This document shows, piece after piece, positions 1 to 13,610 of a DNA stretch of 64,000 nucleotides. The translations under genes and the position numbers were made by a program. The stretch comes from Octopus vulgaris. Lineage: Eukaryota. How positions within the stretch are numbered: the first letter of the stretch is position 1; every line of letters starts with the position of its first letter. Location of the stretch: contig OX597837.1 of assembly GCA_951406725.2 (NCBI GenBank), forward strand, positions 6,510,001 to 6,574,000, written 5' to 3'. A model generated the notes under the pieces. That model ran no database searches. It was given only the letters and a program-made list of their open reading frames with translations, and was not told the origin of the DNA.

Positions 1-134
1 TTAAGTTCAACATCAACAATAAAGGAACGGCCATAATAGGCCATTCACCCACTAGAAATAACAGCCAAAGCTTCAACCGCAAATAAAAGTTAATTCAGTA
101 AACCAGGAGAAAATTTAAAAACATTTACCCTGTA

Positions 135-241
135 ATTTCTTATACGATATACCGTTTCATCTGCTGATTAATGGTAAACTAACCTGATTAAATTAAATCA
201 AGCCAATCTTCCACAGGCCCTCAGATTCATCAGTAAGAAAT
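135..241 (-). ncRNA. Type I hammerhead ribozyme (mirror copy of 519-625)
   Basis: Reverse complement of 519-625 within the left arm of the inverted repeat. Confidence 0.85.
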
Positions 242-518
242 AGCCCAAGACGGAACAGATATTTTCACGAGGCATTTCCGACGTTGCCAAGACGTTGCCA
301 TTTCCGCCGGTGGCAAAAGAATTCTACAAAATTTTTTTTTGCCACCCTATATTGATTAATTATGAATTTTCTGGTTAATTCCGTAATGGAATCGACGGCT
401 TATATTTATTTGCTGCCGATAAATTTGGCGCGAGTGCGACGATTTGAAAATTTTAGGTCAGATATAAACTTGGCAACGTCGGAAATGCCTCGTGAAAATA
501 TCTGTTCCGTCTTGGGCT

Positions 519-625
519 ATTTCTTACTGATGAATCTGAGGGCCTGTGGAAGATTGGCTTGATTTAATTTAATCAGGTTAGTTTACCATTAATCAGCAGA
601 TGAAACGGTATATCGTATAAGAAAT
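519..625 (+). ncRNA. Type I hammerhead ribozyme
   Basis: Stem I ATTTCTTA(519-526)/TAAGAAAT(618-625); CTGATGA 527-533; stem II ATCTG/CAGAT with a ~58-nt insert; GAAA 602-605; stem III ACGG-TATA-TCGT; GUA triplet with predicted cleavage after 617. Confidence 0.85.
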
Positions 626-744
626 TACAGGGTAAATGTTTTTAAATTTTCTCCTGGTTTACTGAATTAACTTTTATTTGCGGTTGAAGCTTTGGCTGTT
701 ATTTCTAGTGGGTGAATGGCCTATTATGGCCGTTCCTTTATTGT

Positions 745-786
<42 letters not shown>

Positions 787-876
787 TCATAGATACATGC
801 ATATATAAATATATATGTATGCATGTATTTATGTATATACACACACATATGCACACAGACACACACAGACACACAC

Positions 877-934
<58 letters not shown>

Positions 935-1097
935 GTATATGTATGTATATATATATATATATATATATGCATACAGGCCTACAAAATGCACATATAGATA
1001 ACTTTATATCGATATATGGTATAACACAAAATACATTGATCTGATATTGAGTACTATGTATGAATGTATATGTGTGTGTGTGTGTATATATATATAA

Positions 1098-1129
<32 letters not shown>

Positions 1130-1134
1130 ACACA

Positions 1135-1168
<34 letters not shown>

Positions 1169-1689
1169 CTCATACAAATATATACATATTTATGTATGCA
1201 TTACTCCTCGTATGAGACAAGAAGAACACCGATTGCATATTGAAAATGTATATTCCAATAAATAGTTGGAAGTGAACGTATGTATTGCAAACTATATATG
1301 AAAGGCGTAAAGACACCATGCTTTCCTTTCAACGGCACATACCATAAATACTAAAAACTTTACTTTACAATAAATTATTGCGTTCAATATCCCTAACTTA
1401 CTCGCTTGCTATATATTTCAGAAGCAATTTATATCTATCGAAACGCGTCTGTAAACTTATTTACATACACACGCAGATACACAAAAACGCACACATATAC
1501 ATATATATTCATATGTATTAATGGCTGCAAATTTTTGCTGAGTTTCATCTTCCACTATTATGAAGTAGCACCGAGATTCTAGAAACAGCTGTCGGACATG
1601 TAAGGCCATACTTTCTTCCCTCTAATTATTTGCGTCAAAATAATCACTTAAGATCAGAAGCCATGAGAGTCACTGCCTGGTAATGCTGC

Positions 1690-2013
<324 letters not shown>

Positions 2014-2018
<5 letters not shown>

Positions 2019-3452
2019 TAGTTTTATTTTTATAGCGTGCTTTCACTTCACTACTGAGCGCAGCTCTGTGTGCCTTGGGTATGTGCTGTGATTTGTTGTG
2101 ATGCTCTGATGGTTATTGTATGGAAAGTGTTCTGCGTAGGATGTGTGCAGTGCCTAGTAGTGCAATTTTCTGTATGTTATATGTGTTTGTAAGTCCTGGT
2201 GTTTTTGTTATGTATTTGTCTGAATATTTTTTTATCATGCCTAATGCGCCTACTATGATAGGAATTGTTTCTGTTTTCAGGTTCCACATTCTAGTTACCT
2301 CTATTTCCAGGTCTTTGTATTTTGAGAGTTTCTCCATTTCTTTTAGAGACACGTTGTCATCTGCCGGTATTGATACATCAATTAGAAAGCATTTTTTTCT
2401 TCATGATCTCTGACAACTATATCTGGTCTGTTGGCCTTAATTTCTCTATCTGTGTGTATCGGCACATCCCAGAGTATGGTTGCTTTCTCGTTTTCTGTGA
2501 CCTTTTCTGGTGTGTGCCTATACCATCTTTTTTCTGTTGTTATTCCATAATGTTGGCATAGCTTCCAATGTATGTAGGTTCCAACTCTGTCATGTCTGTG
2601 AATATATTCCTTCTTAGCCAGGACTGGACAGCTAGAGATAATATGATTTATTGTTTCTTGTCCATCTCCACATATTCTGCAGTTACTTGTAATATTTCTT
2701 TTCATTACATGTTTTTGGTAATTTCTGGTGGGGAGGCTTTGGTCTTGTGCTGCAATTAAAAATCCCTCTGTTTCTGCTTTGAGTCCTGAGCTTCTCAACC
2801 ATTGCTGGGATTTTTCTTTGTCTATTTCTTTTGCGTTTAGTTTAGTGCAGTATTTACCATGAAGGGGCTTTTCTTGCCATCGTTTTATCATGGCTCGTTG
2901 CTGTTCTAATTTTAGTTTGGATTTCATTTGTTTTATAGCTTTTGTTGCTTCTTCATCATCTTCTTCTTCTTCTTTGTGTTTATTAGGTGGTATGATTTCT
3001 TGTTTGTATTTGTCAGCTTCCTTAAATACTGAGAACAGTTTTTTGTTTTGCTCGTGTTTTGCTGCTATCTGGATCAGTTTTCCTTCCTTCTGAAGTAGGT
3101 ATTATTGCAGTCCTATGGTGGTTATTTTATAGTAGTTTTCCAGCTGTATAAGGCCTCTACCACCTTCTATACGTTGTATATATAGTCTTTCTATGTCAGA
3201 TTTTGGGTGATGCATCCTAGATCCTGTCAGTATTTTTCTTGTTTTCCTATCTATTTTGGACAGTTCATTTCGTGTCCAGTTAAGGATATTGTAGCTGTAA
3301 CATATAACTGGGACAGCTAAAGTGTTGATACCTATTATCTTGTTTTTAGCATTGAGCTCTGTTTTTAGTATTGATCTAACTCGTCTATGATATTCTTTTT
3401 TTATTTTCTCTTTCATTTGTGTGTGTTGTGTCTTATCTAGTTCATGGATTCC

Positions 3453-3453
<1 letters not shown>
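2014..3453 (-). mobile_element. 5'-truncated R4/Dong-like (RLE-type) non-LTR retrotransposon inserted in (TAA)n
   Basis: ORF pieces 3416-3102, 2927-2382 and 2352-2113 form one protein with one in-frame stop and one frameshift. Motifs: RT C-terminal region GGRGL, CCHC knuckle CRIC..ETINHIISSC, RHD, RPDIV, and C-terminal KYKDL..PIIVGALG..LLGTAHILR. TAA arrays flank both ends. Confidence 0.92.
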
Positions 3454-3537
<84 letters not shown>

Positions 3538-4496
3538 GTTGTTGCTGTTGTTGTTGTTGTAATTTATTAATTAATAATTAATAAATTAATGAATGTATTT
3601 ATAAATGTATAATCATTTAGTATAATGATGATAGCTAATTTGTAATTGATAATTAATATTTAACTACGACTATAACGATGTATTTTGCAGTAAATACAAA
3701 CATTTTCGCTGGAACTAATACGAAATATTATGAATTAATCCACTTAAAATTTTTGGAGGAAATGCTCATATTATTATAGAATTTAAAATAACAAAGACTC
3801 AATACAAGAAACTTACAAAGGCGTCAGAAAAAATTAAAGATGAAAAATGAAAAAAAAAGATTTTTCTTTAAGCGATAAAATTCAGTGAGAAGTTGGAAGT
3901 TATAAATCTTTGATCGTAATAATAAATTTATAAACAAATAAATAAATAGTTTGGCCAATGTAATTTCGTTAAGTAATGTTATCCTATTATACATTTAGGT
4001 ACATTTAATATATTCGTTAACTTATTTATCCATTAGGTTATAAACATATATACAAAATAAACGCATATATGTGTGTACATATAAATATATATATACATAT
4101 ACACGCACATACATAAATGTAATTTTACATGCATACATACCTACACACATACATATAAATACATGAACATATATATATTTACTTATGTATACATAAGTAA
4201 ATAAGAATATAAGTATATAAGAATATATATATATATGTTTATGTATTTATATGTATGTGTATAGGTATGTATGCATGTAAAAATATATAAACATGTATAT
4301 AGGTATATGTACATATATATTCACATGCACCCATACATACACACACATATACACACATAAATACATATACACAAACACATCTATACCTATATATACACAC
4401 AAGGTTATGCGTATACATACAACTACATATGTATACACACAGCTATACATAAATACATCTACACATATATACATATATAAAAATCCAAAAGCACAA

Positions 4497-4534
<38 letters not shown>

Positions 4535-5060
4535 CTTGTACATATACATTCACACATATATAAAAATATATACACAGACATACATATACATACATACACA
4601 CACATATATATTTAAAGTAAAATATTCTAATATTTTAATGCCGGATATGAAAGTTGATATATGTGTATACATATAGTAGTTAGTCTCTTTATATACCCAA
4701 GCGCTACAACGGCATTGGGGAACTAGAGCAACTTAATTGCCTATCATAAATATCTAGCACATCATATAATATCACCGACCTATATACGAGAGACACCTAA
4801 TTCAAACATGGTTCCTTATTAATATCTCTGTGTTATGCATTCTCTCTATTCCATCTGATGCAGAGCATATACTCGAAACATAATACACTCCTTTCAAATT
4901 TCCCGACCGTATATTTTATGATGTTCACACCATATATATATTACGGAGATGTACTTGCATAGCAAGTGACATGATCTGAGATTATGTGCTGGAACGAAAA
5001 CAATTGCAGTGTGGAAGGTGTTTATAAACCATTTTAGAAATACACAATATTTAAATTTAA

Positions 5061-5111
5061 TTTGTCAAAATATTTTCGTCGCTTTGAGACCGCGACCTGT
5101 TCACTGACAAA
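5061..5111 (-). ncRNA. Minimal type I hammerhead with G3:C8 covariant core (GUGAACA)
   Basis: Minus strand reads TTTGTCA GTGAACA G GTCGC GGTCTCAAA GCGAC GAAA ATAT T T TGACAAA: 7-bp stem I, 5-bp stem II, palindromic AATATT stem III. It lies about 10 nt from a (TA)n tract. Confidence 0.7.
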
Positions 5112-5119
5112 ATTCCGTG

Positions 5120-5171
<52 letters not shown>

Positions 5172-5255
5172 GCATGCATGCATGTATGGATTGTATGTAT
5201 GTATGTATATAAATATGTATATATATACATATATATATACATATATATATATATA

Positions 5256-5355
<100 letters not shown>

Positions 5356-5420
5356 TGTATATACACACATATAATCGTATATATGTATTATGCATGTATG
5401 CATGTATGTATATACATATG

Positions 5421-5664
5421 TACGAGGACGTACTGTAACATTCCTTGCTTTAAGTTGTCCCGAATGGCCTGGCTGGAAGCCCAACCTTTCGAGTTTTTTT
5501 TTCCACGCTCAGAAAAACTGCGGGACCGCTGCAATAAATGTGTCAATCTGAGAGAAATATCTGAGAGGAAAAAATGAGGGGAATATGTTGAATAAAATCA
5601 TGGTTGACTGATCCTCCTATATTTTCTTTTGCACAAAGCGAAGAACATTCCAGAACCCCTTCGT
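5421..5664 (+). mobile_element. Internally deleted mariner element (MITE-like)
   Basis: Ends TACGAGG...CCTTCGTA. The interior encodes a mariner C-terminus WLEAQP.EFF...[18 protein letters not shown] related end fragment lies at about 53851-53925. Confidence 0.7.
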
Positions 5665-5684
5665 ATATGTATATGTATCTATGT

Positions 5685-5830
5685 ACTCTTTTACATGTGG
5701 CCATGCTGGAGCACCGCCTTAAGTCGATCGAGCAAATCGACCCCAGGACTTATTCTTTGTAAGCCTAGTACTTATTCTATTGGTCTCTTCTTGCCGAACC
5801 GCTAGATTACAGGGAGATAATAAACACACA
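5685..5830 (-). mobile_element. SINE family A, 3' fragment
   Basis: GGCCATGCTGGAGCACCGCC...GCCGAACCGCTA matches the 3' half of the full copy at 49433-49843. Confidence 0.85.
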
Positions 5831-6464
5831 TCCACTCCCACCCACCAACCCACACACACACGTGTGTGTATGTGTGTGTTTGTGTGTGTGTGTGTGTGAG
5901 AGTGTGTCTCTGTGTGTGTACATATATACATATAAATTAATACATCGTGCGGCTATTCACAGAATCACATAAAGCACCTCTTACAGATTCGGCTACCAGT
6001 GCGTGTGTGTTCATGTATATTTGTATATACGTGTGCATGGTTACACCCACGTTAAAGATGAAAATTATTACTTCGAATATGACATTAAAATACGTTTTGA
6101 AGCCGACACGTTCAACAGAACCATTGATAGGGGTGCCTCGGCATGGCCGTTGTGCAATAACCGAAACCAGTTAAAAATTACAAACGATTTCTATGTTTGG
6201 CTTCATGAATGTAAGTTTGTATAAACTCTGGCCACATCATAACATTCATTGCCTCAAACGTCTATATTCACCCGTCTATATTCAATCGATTCTTGTGTAT
6301 TCTGCGCAGCAGTAGAACAATGTAACAATATCGCCTCGCTTTCGTCCATTCTGTAGATATCAACAAGCCGTCTCTATGTCTTTCTTTCTCTCTCTCTCTG
6401 TGTCTCTCTCTGTCTCTCTCTCTCTCTCTGTCTGTGTCTCTCTGCCTCAGTACTCTCACCCTAT

Positions 6465-6570
<106 letters not shown>

Positions 6571-6707
6571 ATCTATCTATGTATGTTTCTTTTATCACTT
6601 TAAATACCTATGGATATAACTGTTTATCTATATAATTTTTATCGCTTTAGCTATATATCGATGTATATGTTTAATTTTCTTGGTATCTCTATCTATCTAT
6701 CTATTTG

Positions 6708-6775
<68 letters not shown>

Positions 6776-7098
6776 CCTACCTACCTACCTACCTACCTAC
6801 CTATCTATCTATCTATCTATCTGTTTTTCTATCTAGCTATTCCTCTCTAGCTACCTGTTTACCAAAAGGTCTTCACCTCTTTGTCATTTGCTTCGCTTTG
6901 TGCCCATCCACCCACCCATCTCGCTCTCTCTATATATATATTTATCTCGTTACCTATCTATCTATCTATCTGCATATTTAATACAGAAGATGTCTGTATG
7001 TCTTTGGTGATTTATTTAGTCGTTCAACCAAAACTCCCATTCAGTTCATTCTCACTTCCATTTTCGCTCTTCTTCTTTCCCGCTCTCTCTCTCTCTCA

Positions 7099-7138
<40 letters not shown>

Positions 7139-7347
7139 TTATCTCTGATTCTCTCTTCTGTCTCTGTCAGTTTCGTTCGAAAATGTCAGTTTTGTTCCAA
7201 CCATCGGATCTCTATGTATTATATGCTGGTATGCTGTGTGTGTTAGCGTATGTTGTGCATGTACACACCGGATTACCTATCTTGTAATCTATCTACCAAT
7301 TGATCCGTATGTCTGTCTGTCTATCTATCTATCTATCTATCTACCTC

Positions 7348-7387
<40 letters not shown>

Positions 7388-7392
7388 GATAT

Positions 7393-7439
<47 letters not shown>

Positions 7440-7488
7440 GATATAGATACAGACATACACATATTTATATATATTCATATATATATTC

Positions 7489-7527
<39 letters not shown>

Positions 7528-7823
7528 TGAATATATGGATATATATTAATTTCACCTACTATCGTCTGTTTCACATTTCTCGACCCTTCTATCACATTCT
7601 TCTGTCTCCTGTACAATTTTACTATACCTCCAACCCACTTTCTCACTCCTCCTCCTTCTCCTTCTCCTTCTCCTTCTCCTCTTCCTTTTTCTTCTTCTTC
7701 TTCTTCTTCTACTCATCTTCTTCATCATCATCTTCTTCTTCTTCGTCTTACATCTATCCTTTAATCTGTCATTTAATATCCACTTCCAATAATTACCAAC
7801 TATCTTTCTCTCTCCCTCCTTCC

Positions 7824-7854
<31 letters not shown>

Positions 7855-8040
7855 ATTCTATATCTATTCCTAATTCTCTCTTCTTATCTTTTTGCTTATC
7901 ATTTTCTCTCTTTCTTTCCTTCTCTCTCTTTCTCACCCTCTCTTTGTATACATCTATGTGGTTACTTTCTGTACTTTTGGATTATTATTTTTTTTTGTGG
8001 TTCGAACATTTTGTGTGGTCTTTGTCCATTTCTGTCTGTT

Positions 8041-8129
<89 letters not shown>

Positions 8130-8177
8130 ACGATTCTTTCTCCTTTGAAATGTTCCTCTTCCAGCCTCCCGCTCTCT

Positions 8178-8214
<37 letters not shown>

Positions 8215-8217
<3 letters not shown>

Positions 8218-8342
8218 CTCTTTTATTTGTTTCAGTCATTTGATTGCGGCCATGCTGGAGCACCGCGTTTAGACGAACAAATCGACCTTGGAAATTATTC
8301 TTTGTAAGCTTAGAACTTCTTCTATCGGCCACTTTTGCCAAA
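8215..8342 (-). mobile_element. SINE family A, 3' fragment
   Basis: Tail TTGTTTCAGTCATTTGA..GCGGCCATGCTGGAGCACCGC. Confidence 0.8.
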
Positions 8343-8732
8343 CTGCAATTCAACTTGACGTCCTGTTCGATCTTCATCGTCAAGGCTGAAATCTCCACTT
8401 CTGAATTTTGCAAACCATCTTCTGCAAGTTCTTTCATTCGAGCATTCTTTCCCATAAGCTGAGTGTATGTTACGAGTCACTTCGGCTGCAGAGTTTCGTT
8501 TTTTGTACTCGTAAAAAACTATGTGCCTCAAATGCTTTTTGGATACTTCCATGTTAGAAAGGGTTTTAATCAAAGAAACTTTAATTCTATTATTCTGTAA
8601 AATAATATTTAGTTCGTTTAAATGTACACAAATGCATAAAAATAATTTTTAATTCCATTAGACATTCTAAAATACTATTAAATTTCATTCAATTTTAAAA
8701 ATGGTAAAATCGGTCAGAACTTATTGGATGAC

Positions 8733-8738
<6 letters not shown>
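8343..8738 (-). mobile_element. Mariner transposon 5' fragment (TIR plus transposase HTH region)
   Basis: MEVSKKHLRHIVFYEYKKRNSAAEVTRNIHSAYG..ERTCRRWFAKFRSGDFSLDDEDRTGRQ is typical of the mariner N-terminus. TIR-like TA-TTAGGTCATCCAATAAGTT ends in a (TA)n tract. Confidence 0.9.
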
Positions 8739-8791
<53 letters not shown>

Positions 8792-9668
8792 TATGTGCGT
8801 GTGTGTGTGTATGTATGTAAATATGTATGTATTTCTATATATATAGACATTTACATATACCTAGAAGTGTTTTCCATTCTATTTTCGACTCCTCGAGGAG
8901 TTTGTTGGCCCAGGGTCAACAGTGATGACACTTGCTCATAGTACCACCAAAGAAGTGAAATCGAATCGACGTGGTTGCAACGCGGGGTTCTTAACCTCAC
9001 ATTCGGTATGATTTGAGATGGATTCACAGGGTATTTCCTCCATTGGTGAAGGAGGCCTATGTTTGAAACCATTCTAGCTGTGGTAATTCATAATCATTTG
9101 TCGTCATATCTCGGCTACATTGTTTAATCTGCCATGCCTTTGTCTAAAATAAATAGGATATGATCTGACAGATAATTCCAGATTTGACAGCTCATTCGAG
9201 CTGGTCAATCACTTGAGCAAATGTTGCCTCATTAATTAATTAGAATGATAGCAATTAATTAGATTAATAGCCATTATAGATTAATAGATGAGCAGGCAAA
9301 GAGAGATAGCACAAGGATTGTTGATGTTACTTAGGAGATTCGTTGCCGGATTGACAAAAATTTTAGCGGCATTTCTTCCGGATTAGTATACGACATTAAG
9401 ATTCAGTCGAGGTTTAACTGTGCCTTTAATCCTTACGAGGCTGAAATTATAAGAACAGGATGAGAATTAAGGTCGATGTAATCAACTACCTTTTTTCTCT
9501 AAAATATCAGCCCTTGCATTCGACACTAAAATAGTAAATAGTAAGAAGTTTGGTGTCCAGCCACGTGGTTCCGAGTTCAGTTCCACTGCGTGGCATCTTC
9601 GACGGGTGTTTTCTACTATAGCCTCGGGCCTAGGAAAACATTGTGAGTTCATTTGGTTAAATTGTGTG

Positions 9669-9753
<85 letters not shown>

Positions 9754-9976
9754 CATGAACTTATAAAAATACCATCACAAGTGGTAAGCGAAATATCAGC
9801 CGTACAGACGAATTAATAAAATATATACTTACGATATTAGATATGTACATATATACACAAGGGTACTACATGAGTACCTATATCGCTAAGAAATAGAAAT
9901 CAAAAGATAATTCTATACCACCGAATAGTCGCAAATCTATATATGTATATGTACATATACATACATATACATACAG

Positions 9977-10026
<50 letters not shown>

Positions 10027-10049
10027 TTATATACGTGTGTGTGTATATG

Positions 10050-10092
<43 letters not shown>

Positions 10093-10100
10093 ACAGATAT

Positions 10101-10188
<88 letters not shown>

Positions 10189-11151
10189 TGTGGGTTTTCT
10201 TTTCTCTTTGTGCTCCACCGCCACTTAATTTGTGTTGGTAACGCAGTTGTTCGGCAAAAGAGACCCGATAGAAAAGGTACCAGACTAAAAAATGTGAAAT
10301 GTGGTCGGTTAGTTCCACTAAATTTTAGTACGCAACTGGTACTTAATTTATCGACCCCCGAAATGAGGAAAAGCCAAAAGTCGCTTCTACCATCTCGCCG
10401 CCTTAACGATAAGGCATATCATTTCATCCGTTGTAGAGATACGGTAATCTGAACGGGATAATCCAATGCGTTATTTGACATACAGGATTACACTGAAAGG
10501 AAAATATGACATTGAAAATGGATTATTTATTGCTTCCACAGGTGAGAAAGTGAGAAAGTGACAGAGTGAGAGATACAATTATTTGCTGAAGATTTACAGG
10601 TAATTATAATGTTCTGTTGTAAGTCACACATTTCAGTAAATTAAGAAAAATATGATGTATGGTACCATTTATTTCCATTCTTTCCCTGCCTCTAACTTTC
10701 TCCATCTTCCCCTCTCTCGGTCTCCCTCTGTTCATCTCCCTCACCCCCGACTTATCTCTCCCCCTCTCTCTTTCATTCAAATTGCTCTTTCTGGTAAATC
10801 ATATTATTATATTCATGAAATGCCATTACGACATGCATGCATATTTAGTAATACATACATAGATTCATACATGCAAACATGCATATATACACATATATGT
10901 GTGTGTACGTGTGTGTATGTATATATATATATATATAAATATATATAGAGAGAGGGAGATATATATATATATATATATATACACACACTCATATATATAT
11001 AGATATAGGGAGAGAGAGATATATACCTAGATAGACGAATAGATAGATAGATAGATACATTTATATACGTACATACATATATACATACATCCATATATAT
11101 ATATATCCATACAAACATATATATATATACGCATATATATATATATGTATA

Positions 11152-11242
<91 letters not shown>

Positions 11243-11567
11243 TATCTCACCTACTTCCAATCAACACGGTTGCTTTATGCATCTGTGTCACCTTGACCAT
11301 GAGCGCACATATGCACATACACATGTATGCGTATATGTATATGTACCTATTTGTGTGCGTACGTATACGTGTGTGTATATGGCTACATGTATACTGTGTA
11401 TATTTTAAAAAATAAGTTTCAAGCATATACGCAGTCATATACACATATACATGTACACGCATATAATTTGCATATAACAGCTACGTAGCTACGTACAGAC
11501 ATGGATAGACAGACAGCTAGATATCATACATATGTAGAATTAGTATTACTACTACTACTACTACTAC

Positions 11568-11620
<53 letters not shown>

Positions 11621-11903
11621 ATAGGGAGCCGATGGTAACGAGCACCGAATATCCGTGTTGGCAAGAGAAAAGAAGCCGTAATGCGCAGCTGGAAAGACTT
11701 TGATTGCGGTTCCATAAAGGCAACGTTTACCATCATCAGAGCCAGGAATGTGTTAGTTCATTAACAGAAAAGTTACACAGACACATACACACTCACACAC
11801 GCACACACACACACAGACACAGACACAGACACACACACACACACACATACACGCACAGGCCCTGAAACACTAATTTTTATATACATATATGTGTGTGTGT
11901 GTG

Positions 11904-11945
<42 letters not shown>

Positions 11946-12147
11946 GAGCTATTCACATATACACACATACGTATATATAGGTAGAAAGATTTATATGTAT
12001 ATATATATATACATGTGCGTATATGTATATATAAATGTATGTACGTGCATGTATGTATAACTGTACGAGTATCAATTTAGATGGTTATGTGTAAATGTAT
12101 ACATACATACATACATAAATACATACATATGTATGTACGTATATATT

Positions 12148-12252
<105 letters not shown>

Positions 12253-12417
12253 ATGTATGTATATATATAGTGGTACGCTTAGTTGTTTACTAAATAGAGA
12301 GAGGATAAAAAGATGAATAAAGTGTAAAAAAAGTAGGAAACAATTGTGGATAACATTACGACGATACGGGTTGTAATAAGTAGGTAACTTTCCATCTAAC
12401 GAGTGTATGAGTCTGAA

Positions 12418-12545
<128 letters not shown>

Positions 12546-12608
12546 GTATAAATACATATACTTATGGATATAGATATAACTATTTGTATACAAACATATA
12601 TATATACA

Positions 12609-12669
<61 letters not shown>

Positions 12670-12736
12670 GTATATCCATATATATATGCATATACATATA
12701 CATATGTATACATATATATATATATATATATATATA

Positions 12737-13381
12737 ACGGGAAGCTTTATGAGAATAGACAAAAGACGAAGGCAGGTGGAAAACAAACAAACAATTGTAT
12801 TAGTATGGCGCTCAGGAAATATAAATAAAACAAGTCTTTAACGTTTCGAGCCTACGCTCTTCAACAGAAAGATACACAGAGAGAGAAAAACACAGAAAGA
12901 AGGAGAGAAAAAAATGCGTGCAGTAGCTAACGAATCAACATGGCGATCTGATTTCGGCCAGAGGTCAAAGATCAAACAAGAGACGCGAGAGCGAAATAAG
13001 GGGAGATAATAGGGTTGATAATAGGGTTGATAATAGGGTTGAAGGAGCAGCTAATAGTGCGTAGGAGGGGTCTGGACGTGTGTATGTATAGGGTTGGTGT
13101 ATGTATTAGTATGTATAAGGGTGTGTGTGTGTGTGTGTGTGTATGAAAGAGTATTAGTGCGTAGGATTGGTCTGGACGTGCGTATGTATGGGGTTGGTGT
13201 ATGTATTAGTATGTATTAGTATGTATTAGTACGTATTAGTATGTATAAGTGTGTGTGTGTGTGTATGAGAGAGTATAAGTGCGTATGAGGGGTCTGGACG
13301 TGTGTATGTATAGGGTTGGTGTATGTTTTAGTATGTATTAGTATGTATGTATATATATTAGTATGTATGTATATATATTAG

Positions 13382-13416
<35 letters not shown>

Positions 13417-13610
13417 GTGTGTGTGTATGTATGCCTATATGGGTACAGGACATCACCAACAGCAAACAACATGAAATACGAAAACAAATGAGTTAAAGAC
13501 ACCAATAACCAGAGAAAGAAAATGAAAAACAGGCCAAGTAACACAAAGAACGACCTTTTATCAGTTGTCGGCTGTCTATCTACTTCTCATTTCGAGCATT
13601 GTACGAGAAT
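12737..13610 (-). mobile_element. Non-coding PLE-type repeat region with HHR motif and internal tandem repeats
   Basis: HHR-like motif at 12835-12872; (ATAATAGGGTTG)x3 at about 13007-13041; three ~100-120-bp units (GTGCGTA..GGTCTGGACGTG..GGGTTGGTGTATG) at about 13057-13340. 13550-13600 resembles the 42040-42090 motif. Bounded by TA tracts. Confidence 0.55.
12835..12872 (-). ncRNA. Minimal (dimer-type) hammerhead with A6U core variant
   Basis: Minus strand reads TCTTT CTGTTGA A GAGC GTAG GCTC GAAA C G T T AAAGA: 5-bp stem I, 4-bp stem II, palindromic ACGT stem III. Confidence 0.6.

Larger units (their letters stand above)
12..748. repeat. 280-bp inverted repeat (arms 12-291 and 469-748, 177-bp spacer); inverted terminal repeat of a Penelope-like element
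   Basis: Position x pairs with 760-x and no mismatch was seen by eye. Each arm contains a hammerhead. The right end abuts (TA)n. A 9-bp junction duplication ACGTTGCCA lies at 281-289/292-300. Confidence 0.9.

Noticed and set aside
1555-1600. GAAACAGCTGTC hammerhead-like 3' half
   Set aside because: The upstream core is decayed (TTATGA) and there is no convincing stem I.
4850-4890. CTGATGCAGAG..CTCGAAACATAATA HHR-like motif
   Set aside because: Core change plus broken stems I and III; at best a dead copy.
13007-13340. CRISPR-like or telomeric array
   Set aside because: The units are tandem without unique spacers, there are no true (TTAGGG)n runs, and the context is eukaryotic.
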